Assembly (NCBI GenBank): GCA_964016885.1
Contig: OZ024742.1
Location: 327,546,001 to 327,610,000, forward strand
Length of the DNA: 64,000 nt
Direction of reading: 5' to 3'
Source: Eledone cirrhosa
Taxonomy: Eukaryota
Shown here: in pieces, positions 55,094 to 64,000 of the stretch
Numbering within the stretch: the first letter of the stretch is position 1
Layout: the number at the start of each line of letters is the position of its first letter
Notes under the pieces: generated by a model
The model's database searches: none
Told to the model about the DNA's origin: nothing
What the model saw: the letters and a program-made list of their open reading frames with translations, nothing else
Made by a program: the position numbers and the translations under genes

Positions 55094-56699
55094 TTCTCTT
55101 TCTCTGTCTCTGTCTCTCGCTCTCTCTCACACTTTCCCTTTCTCTCTCTCGCTTTCTCTCACTTTCCCTTTCTCTTTCTCTCTCTCTCTATCTTCCTCGC
55201 AATCCAAACTCTTTTTTCCCAAGCCACCCTCTCTCTATCTCTATCCCTATCTTTCTCCCTAGCTATATCCCTTTCTTTCTCTTGCTTTGTCCCTTTCTTT
55301 CCCCCGCTATATCCCTTTCGTTCTCCCTCTCTCTACCTCTCACCCTCTCAACTAATACTCTCTCTCTATCTCCCTCTCTCTGTGGTGGTGGTAGTGGTGA
55401 CGATGGTGGTGCTGATGATGGTGGTGGTGTTGGTGATAGTTGTGGTGTTGGTGGTGGTGTTGGTGGTGGTAGGCAGTGGTGGTGGTAGTGGTGACGATGG
55501 TGGTGCTGCTGATGGTGGTGGTGGTGGTGTTGGTGGTGGTGTTGGTGGTGGTAGGCAGTGGTGGTGGTAGTCTGTTCCCTCTCCCTTTTCTCATCTTTCT
55601 ATTATTCGGATTGGCAGTATCGGTAGAGGGTCGGACGCCATGCTTTGCAGCATAGAGTTACGGCCCTTTACGATCTGAGTTCAAATCCCGCCGAGGTTAA
55701 CTTTGCCTTTCTTCCTTACGGGGTCGATAGATTAAAGTACCAGTAATGTACTGGAATAATTGCTGGCCTTGTGCCATCTTTTTCTTTCGCAATTTCTCTT
55801 CCTCCCACTTTTACTTAATTTTCGCACTCCCTATCTTCTCCTCCAACTCCACTGTATCTTACTCCCCCACCCTACTTAATCCCTATCTGTCTATCTCCTC
55901 TTCCCACTATCTACCTCCTACATCTTTGCTTATCTCTCTTCCTACCTAGACTGCTTCGACTCCCATTATTCCCCTTTTTTCTCCCTTTCAGTCTGACAGT
56001 CACATACACTGCTACCCCCCCCCCCCCACACACACACGCACACGTACGCACGCACGCACGTGTTCTCACTCACACACACACACATACATGTATGTACTCA
56101 CCCATACACTTACATACACATATATACTCACCCAATCACACACTTACATACACACACACGGTCACAATATCTTCTCTTGAAAGAAGAAAATGAGTCGGTA
56201 GAGCAACAAACTTTCTTTCATTTGCATCTTAATTCTCTCTTTCTCTCCCTGTCTCGCTCTATACGTCTATCTCTTTACATGCATAGATGCACATATTCAT
56301 ACACATCATATATACATATATACATACATTTATGCATAAATATATATATAGATGTATGTATACATACATACACGAATGTATATATACATGCGTCAACAAC
56401 CAACAAAATCTTAATACCTCTGAAACCACTTTTTTCACATAAAACAAGAAGAATTTCCAAAACTGATCAGATTAGAGCAAAAATCACGACCACTATATCT
56501 CAAAATTATTTTTGAAAAGCATAAGAAATGCGCAACCGGTAAAACTTAAAACTAAAACTGAATACTAACTAATACTTATTACTAATTTATACTTATTCCT
56601 AATTAAACTATTTTCCACTGGGAAAAATTTGTCAGCATTTTCTTTTCCTTTTTACTAATATATATATATATATATATATTATAATGAAATGACAGGAGG

Positions 56700-56755
<56 letters not shown>

Positions 56756-56758
<3 letters not shown>

Positions 56759-59204
56759 AATATCTTTAAGTCGTTTGGAAGCCTCGACAATGCAAATGGG
56801 TAAATCTCCGGGTAACAAGATCCGGTGGTGGAGAGAGAGATGTAAGTGGGTGTATGTTGAGATGCGTGGTGTGTATAAGACGTGTAGAAGAATGAAGGAA
56901 AGAGTATAAAGGATAAAATAAAAATAAGAACACAAGAGAGAGTTACCTTGGGAGAGATTTAATTGTCCCTATATATTTCGGATGCACATCCATCAACTGG
57001 GGGTTTTTTCCGGGGTGCGGGAAAGGTTGTCTGTCGGAAAGGTGCGAAATGTGTCCTCCGCTGTTTGTTGTTTTGAATATCTGAGGAATTCAGCAGAGCG
57101 CGCGTGCGCGTGAAATGGGTTCGGCGGGCAGAGGTCAGCGGCCGAATGTGGGAGTGGGGTGGTGCTAGCTGTCAGTCCATTCTCTGCCTGTTTGTTAAAT
57201 GTTACTGTGTGTGTGTGTGCGTGTGTTGTTGTCTCGCTTGAGTGTGTGTGTGTGTGTGTGTTGTTGCCTTGTTCCTCTGTATTGGCAGTGTAGTATGTTC
57301 GGATGGTGGAATGCTACTGTTTGTGTGTGCGTGTGCGTGTGTAGTTGTCTCGTTTGTGTGTGTGTGTGCGTGTGTTGCTGCATCGTTTCTTAACTTAAAC
57401 CAGCCACTTCATTTCGCTTCTCTCGGATCGATTGTTTATTTGCGGTGCAAGGCGTTTGATAAAAAGCGCTTCCTTGATACGTAACGTGCCGACGTTTCTT
57501 TCAGTCGCTAGAATTGTGACAATGGGCCTTCCGTCTTTGTTTCCGCATTTATCTATGTGTTTTCGGAAAGACGAGGCCCTGGTTTTAGTGTGTTCCTTGA
57601 TCCGGATGTGCAAAGGTCGGATTGTGCTACCTATATAGTATTGGTTGCACCTGTCACATTCTATCTTATACACGACGTGTGTGCGTAGGCAACAGTTCGC
57701 ATTGCGTATCGGGCAGTCTCTGAGGGAGCACGCGTCAGTAGATTTCCCGGGTTTCCTGGAGAGGCATCTCCGCAGGGAAGGGCCCGAGTGGGCCAGGTGG
57801 ATGTCGAGACCCTCCCTCCGTATAGCCTTGCGGATAGCGTTGGTGGTATTCTCGCCCAGGTGTGGCATCTTAAGGAAGCACTTGCCTTGGGTGCCTCTCT
57901 GTATCTTGCGTCTGGTGTCTCCTACTCTGTCTGTGAGCGAGGTAGGGTACCCGTTCGTCTCCAGCACCTCGATGAATCTCTTGGTATGAGTGACACCACC
58001 CGCGGGATCGCTGCATCTGTTTTTGATTCGCGCGATCTCGTTCGTGATGTATCCTCTGTTAGCACTGTTCGGGAGGGCGGACTTGTAGTGAATGAACAGG
58101 TCCCTGTAGGCTGCCTTTCGGTAGAAGTTGCAGTGGATCCTTCCCTGTTCCGTGATGTTGATTCGGAAGTCGAGGAGGGCAAGTGACCGTCTTCGTTGGG
58201 GTGTTCAACACTGAAGTCAATGTTTCTCGTCGTGTTGTTGACCGTCTCATAGATTCTGTTCGCCGTGTCTTGGGAAGATGTGAGGATGAGGATATCGTCC
58301 ACGTACCTTGAGAAAAAAGTGACGGCGTTGGGGTGGCAGGCGTTGAGTGCCTTGCGCTCGAGGTTGTCCATGTAAGAGATCGATAGCACACCCGACAGGC
58401 TTGATCCCATGGGCAATCCCGAGGTTTGTTGGTATGTTTGGTCAAGGAATCCGAAGTAGGTGTTGTCGACGACGATGGATAGGAGTTGGTGGATGTCAGT
58501 GGTGGTGAACCCGAAGCAGTGTAGATCGGTGGATTGGACGCGTTCCATCAGTATATTGACGGCCGGGAGTGCCGGGACAGAGGTGTAGAGAGCGGACTAC
58601 ATCAAGGCTGAAGGCATATCTGTTATTCCCTTCTGGTGTCGGGATCCATTTGAATGCAGGCGCTTCAACACCTCCTCGGAACTGTTAACGTGTCCCGGCA
58701 AGGTGTCTAAGATGGGGTTTGAGTATTCTGGCTAGGAGCCATGAAATTTTGTAGAGTGGTCCCTCCACGCTCGATACAATGGGCCTGATCTTCAGGTCGT
58801 GTCCCTGTTTATGTGTTTTCACGAGGTGGTAGAAGGCGGGTAGTCTGCTGTTCCTCCTGAGGTGGTTGTATCTCAGCTTCTTCGGGAGCTTCCGCCGGTC
58901 GCAGATGTTGGTCCAGGCGGCGTTGATGTGCTCTTCTATCTGCGCGGGAGTGATTCCCGTGACCTTGGAGTAGAGGTTGTCATCGTCAAGGTGTTGGAGG
59001 GCCAGGGTGTTGTAGGCCTCTCTGCTGATGACGCAGGATTCTTTTCCCTTGTCGGAGGGGAGATAGATGAGGTTCTTCGATTTTAGGTTGGAGAGAGTGG
59101 TGAGTTGAGATTGGTGAGGTTATGTGTTGTGCGTGTGTGTGTGTGTTTGTGAAGTATATCCGAGATGGAGTGTTTTAGCCTGATGAGTTTAGTGTCGAGT
59201 TCGT
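56756..59204 (-). mobile_element. 5'-truncated inverted copy of the Penelope-like element (frameshifted RT, intact GIY-YIG frame 57395-57967)
   Basis: Near-identical reverse complement of about 60211-62546; GLPMGSSLS and RYVDD motifs; its 3' end abuts (TA)n. Confidence 0.95.
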
Positions 59205-60486
59205 CGTTATTTTAATTTTATCCTTTATACTCTTTCCCTTCATTCTTCTACACGTCTTATACACACCACGCATCTCAACGTACACCCACTTACATCTCTC
59301 TCTCCACCACCCGGATCTTGTTACCCGGAGATTTACCCATTTGCATTGTCGAGGCTTCCAAACGACTTAAAGATATTTACCTATTATTCCACAATGCTTC
59401 AAGCAAACTTCAATACTCTCTTTATCCTTACACCTGAGCCAGGAATTGTTTGCATCCGTAAGGGAACTGTTTAGACTGTCGGAGAAATGGGCCAATGCTG
59501 TCTGTCAAATTATTTTCCTGAAACGCTGCCTAAAAAACGATGTCATCCCCAAAACCATCAGGAACATCCGCTTACCAGTAAGCCTACGTACACCAGCTTT
59601 CCAAAACACCACTAACCCGCATACATCGCACGTGTATTAAACAGATCCTGAGACATCTCAACCGCCAATTACACGTCCATAAGCGAACACTCTCAGAGCG
59701 GACACATCGACTGTCAATAGCACCCGGGGACTTGCTCCTGAAAATCACTAAAGCATTCGACCAGTGCTACCACTCCAGAGTCCAATACGATAAAAAACGG
59801 CTCAAGCGAAAATATGAGTGGATATTGTCGAAACGTCACAACGAGAACATCGACACTAACGAACAGACAGACCAGAACCACGTGGAAAACAACTTAAACA
59901 ACCGCCACCGCCGCATCCACCAACACCGAGCCACACCTCAACGATGCGACGCACCTGGTCACCGACCTAACCGGCACTTCTCACGAGCGACGAGCTGACA
60001 CTCCTACACCTCGGACCCAAGTTCATCGTCTCACAACGTCTCGACGACAGACTCAAACTCAACATCGAGGCCAACTTTTGTCGAGCCGCTTACCAACTTA
60101 AATGGGTGACAGACATCAACAGCGCCACAGAAAATAACAGCGCCCACGCAACCCATCCCAAGTTCCTCCCTTACCACCCCGACAACCCAATCCAACTCAC
60201 ACCCCCAATCACGAACTCGACACGAAACTCATCAGGCTAAAACACTCCATCTCGGATATACTTCACAAACACACACACACACACGCACAACACATAACCT
60301 CACCAAATCTCAACTCACCACTCTCTCCAACCTAAAATCGAAGAACCTCATCTATCTCCCCTCCGACAAGGGAGAAGAATTCTGCGTCATCAGCAGAGGG
60401 AAAAGAATTCTGCGTCATCAGCAGCGAAGAAGCTGAGATACAACCTCCTCACGAGGAACAGCGGACTACCCGCCTTCTACCACCTC

Positions 60487-61911
60487 GTGAAAACACATAA
60501 ACAGGGACCCGACCTGAAGATCAGGCCCATTGTATCGAGCGTGGAGGGACCGCTCTACAAAATTTCATGGCTCCTAGCCAGAATACTCAAACCCATCTTA
60601 GACACCTTGCCGGGACACGTTAACAGCTCCGAGGAGGTGTTGAAGCGCCTGCATCAAATGGATCCCGACACCAGAAGGAATAACAGATATGCCTTCAGCC
60701 TTGATGTAGTCGCTCTCTACACCTCGGTCCCGGCACTCCCGGCCGTCAATATACTGATGGAACGCGTCCAATCCACCGACCTACACTGCTTCGGGCTCAC
60801 CACCACTGACATCCACCAACTCCTATCCATCGTCGTCGACAACACCTACTTCGGATTCCTTGACCAAACATACCAACAAACCTCGGGATTGCCCATAGGA
60901 TCAAGCCTGTCGGGTGTGCTATCGATCTCTTACATGGACAACCTCGAGCGCAAGGCACTCAACGCCTGCTACCCCAACGCCGTCGCCTTGTTCTCAAGGT
61001 ACGTGGACGATATCCTCATCCTCACATCTTCCCAAGACACGGCGAACAGAATCTATGAGACGTTCAACAACACAGACGAGAACATTGACTTCAGTGTTGA
61101 ACACCCCAACGAAGACGGGTCACTTGCCCTCCTCGACTTCCGAATCAACATCACGGAACAGGGAAGGATATACTGCAACTTCTACCGAAAGGCAGCCTAC
61201 AGGGACCTGTTCGTTCACTACAAGTCCGCTCTCCCGAACTGTGCCAAAAGAGGATACATCACGAACGAGATCGCGCGAATCAAAAACAGATGCAGCGATC
61301 CCGCGAGTGGTGTCACTCATACCAAGCGATTCATCGAGGTGCTGGAGACGAACGGGTACCCTACCTCGCTCACAGACAGAGTAGGAGACACCAGACGCAA
61401 GAGACAGAGAGGCACCCAAGGCAAGTGCTTCCTTAAAATGCCACACCTGGGCGAGAATACAACCAACGCTATCCGCAAGGCTATACGGAGGGAGGGCCTC
61501 GACATCCACCTGGCCCACTCAGGCCCCTCCCTGCGGAGATGCGTCTCCAGGAAACCCGGGAAATCTACTGACGCGTGCTCCCTCAGAGACTGCCCGATAC
61601 GCAATGCGAACTGTTGCCTATGCACATACGTCGTGTATAAGATAGAATGTGACAGGTGCAACCAATACTATATAGGTAGCACAATCCGACCTTTGCACAT
61701 CCGGATCAAGGAACACACTAAAACCAGGGCCTCGTCTTTCCGGAAACACATCGACAAATGCGGAAACAAAGACGGAAGGCCCATTGTCACAATTCTAGCG
61801 ACTGAAAGAAACGTCGGCACGTTACGTATCAAGGAAGCGCTTTTTATCAAACGCCTTGCACCGCAAATAAACAATCGATCCGAGAGAAGCGAAATGAAGT
61901 GGCTGGTTTAA
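60487..61911 (+). CDS. PLE reverse transcriptase + GIY-YIG endonuclease (open C-terminal 474 aa of a disrupted ORF)
   Basis: KTHK..IRPIVS, FSLDVVALYTSVP, GLPIGSSLS, RYVDD, LLDFRI..FYRK; VVYKIECDRCNQYYIGST.R.L..RIKEH, KEALFIK...PQIN. Confidence 0.93.
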   Translation: MKTHKQGPDLKIRPIVSSVEGPLYKISWLLARILKPILDTLPGHVNSSEEVLKRLHQMDPDTRRNNRYAFSLDVVALYTSVPALPAVNILMERVQSTDLHCFGLTTTDIHQLLSIVVDNTYFGFLDQTYQQTSGLPIGSSLSGVLSISYMDNLERKALNACYPNAVALFSRYVDDILILTSSQDTANRIYETFNNTDENIDFSVEHPNEDGSLALLDFRINITEQGRIYCNFYRKAAYRDLFVHYKSALPNCAKRGYITNEIARIKNRCSDPASGVTHTKRFIEVLETNGYPTSLTDRVGDTRRKRQRGTQGKCFLKMPHLGENTTNAIRKAIRREGLDIHLAHSGPSLRRCVSRKPGKSTDACSLRDCPIRNANCCLCTYVVYKIECDRCNQYYIGSTIRPLHIRIKEHTKTRASSFRKHIDKCGNKDGRPIVTILATERNVGTLRIKEALFIKRLAPQINNRSERSEMKWLV

Positions 61912-62299
61912 GTTAAGAAACGATGCAGCAACACACGCACACGCACACACAAACGAGACAACTACACACGCACACGCACACACACACAGTAGCATTCCAC
62001 CATCCGAACATACTACACTGCCAATACAGAGGAACAAGGCAACAACACACACACACACACTCAAGCGAGACAACAACACACGCACACACACACACAGTAA
62101 CATTTAACAAACAGGCAGAGAATGGACTGACAGCTAGCACCACCCCACTCCCACATTCGGCCGCTGACCTCTGCCCGACCGAACCCATTTCACGCGCACG
62201 CGCGCTCTGCTGAATTCCTCAGATATTCAAAACAACAAACAGCAGAGGACACATTTCGCACCTTTCCGACAGACAACCTTTCCCCCACCCCGGAAAAAA

Positions 62300-62335
62300 C
62301 CCCAGTTGATGGATGTGAATCCGAAATATATAGGG
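62300..62335 (+). ncRNA. Hammerhead-like motif with non-canonical CAGTTGA core (also - strand at 56967-57002)
   Basis: ccc-CAGTTGA-t-ggat(gtga)atcc-GAAA-tata-TA-ggg in the PLE 3' region. Confidence 0.55.
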
Positions 62336-62582
62336 ACAATTAAATCTCTCCCAAGGTAACTCTCTCTCGTGTTCTTATTTTTATTTTATCCTTTATACTC
62401 TTTCCTTCATTCTTCTACACGTCTTATATACACCACGTATCTCAACGTACACCCACTTACAGCTCTCTCTTCACCACCGGATCTTGTTACCCGGAGATTT
62501 ACCCATTTGCATTGTCGAGGCTTCCAAACGACTTAAAGATATTTACCTATTATTCCACAATGTTTCAAGCAAACTTCAATAA

Positions 62583-62710
<128 letters not shown>

Positions 62711-62711
62711 G

Positions 62712-63330
62712 TATATTGGAAAATGTGTGTAATCCTTGGTACAGTTAGGTATATTAAGACAGGGGGAAGAAAAAATGGCTTCACTTGTGCTTTCAACAAA
62801 TTTATTTTTTCCACAAAATCGAAAAAGAATTTTTTTCCGGATTAGAAAAATTTTTTATTAAAAAAAATTATTTTATAAATTAAGTTGTTGGTTGTTGGTT
62901 AGGTCTTAGGAGTTCTTGGTTAACGTAGGAGGTATTGTTTCGTTTTTAGAACGACCTTTCACGCTGAGGTGCGCTTGTCAAACTGATGTGTATGTGATGT
63001 GTTGTTCTATATATAGGGATTTAACATGTCTGTGGTGTGGTGGGTTTTTTTTTCGCCCCCTTTAATAAGTGTATGGGCGTAGGTGGGTCGAAAAGGTGTT
63101 AATAGCAGTAATGAGTTGAGACGGTGAGTAGGGTTGGGTGGGGAGAAATGTAGCAAGTGCGGCCTGCCCCGGTCATTCTCGAAAAATTCCTTTATTCAGG
63201 GGAAAAAGCTTTTAGTATTCCTTTGTGTTGAGAATGGTCACAGGCAAATCGCACCTGCCAAGTTTGTAAATAATTATTTTTTTCTGAAGAATTTTTCTAC
63301 GTCCATCCCAAAATTAGTCCTTTGTTCAAC
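62712..63330 (-). mobile_element. Possible decayed 3' part of a second PLE family
   Basis: Terminal 45 bp also occurs inverted at about 50152-50193. The minus strand has YKLGRCDL...LNK, reminiscent of a PLE endonuclease C-terminus. Confidence 0.3.
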
Positions 63331-63743
63331 ACACACATATGTGCGTATATACGTACATACACACACGGGCATGTGTAGGAATATATAGGCACACCCATGT
63401 ACATATACATCCACATACATACACAAAAACATATAAAGACACATATAAAAAACACATATACACATACGTACACACACGAATATGTACTCATACCTCCACA
63501 TGGGTATATATATTCATATACATACATACATATACATATACACACATAAAGATACATAACTAAATATACATATATATATACATATATGTACACATAAACA
63601 CATACAGACACATACACACATATACATACATATACACATATATATATATATATATATACACATATATATATATATATACATACATACAGATACACATACA
63701 CATACAAGTACATACATACACACATACATATATACACATACAT

Positions 63744-63791
<48 letters not shown>

Positions 63792-63793
<2 letters not shown>

Positions 63794-63998
63794 CGAAGGA
63801 AATGTGGTAAGGAACCAGGTGGACCATAACGCACCAACGTACTCAATACTTGAGGTAGTAGAGTGGGTAATAGGAACCAGTAAGACCCCGACAGCTGAGC
63901 TCAAGCCGTTTCGACGGCTAATTCTAGACACTAATTCAGTTCAGAATTAGCCGTCGAAACGGCTTGAGCTCAGCTGTCGGGGTCTTACTGGTTCCTAT
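63792..63998 (-). mobile_element. Family P1, copy 3 (hairpin 63870-63998, 56-bp arms)
   Basis: Perfect arms, 17-nt loop; tail shared with the other P1 copies. Confidence 0.85.
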
Positions 63999-64000
63999 AT

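Noticed and set aside
54952-55594. Ser/Leu-, Gly- and His-rich ORFs
   Set aside because: They derive from (CT)n and (GGT)n low-complexity sequence.
57788-58186. Antisense and alternate-frame ORFs within the PLE (also 60914-61874)
   Set aside because: They are shadows of the GC-rich RT/EN frame.

Overview
AT-rich, microsatellite-dense animal genomic DNA. The SINE content and the (TA)n/(CA)n/(TATG)n load resemble octopus/cephalopod genomes; this is inference. No complete host gene is visible, only a candidate first coding exon on the minus strand near 54 kb. The window is dominated by mobile DNA: a 5.8-kb head-to-head pair of Penelope-like retroelements (PLE; RT + GIY-YIG) at 56.76-62.59 kb, decayed Helitron, maT/Tc1-mariner, RTE-like and RLE-type LINE remnants, many tRNA-derived SINEs, MITEs and a 3.4-kb 29-bp minisatellite. 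The most striking pattern is at least 12 short fold-back palindromes sitting in (TA)n tracts. Many carry type I hammerhead-ribozyme (HHR) motifs, and the inversion points often fall inside or at the edge of the ribozyme. One locus is a ~430-nt non-coding partial tandem resembling a retrozyme. All structures were paired by eye; nothing was computed or searched, and repeat boundaries are approximate.
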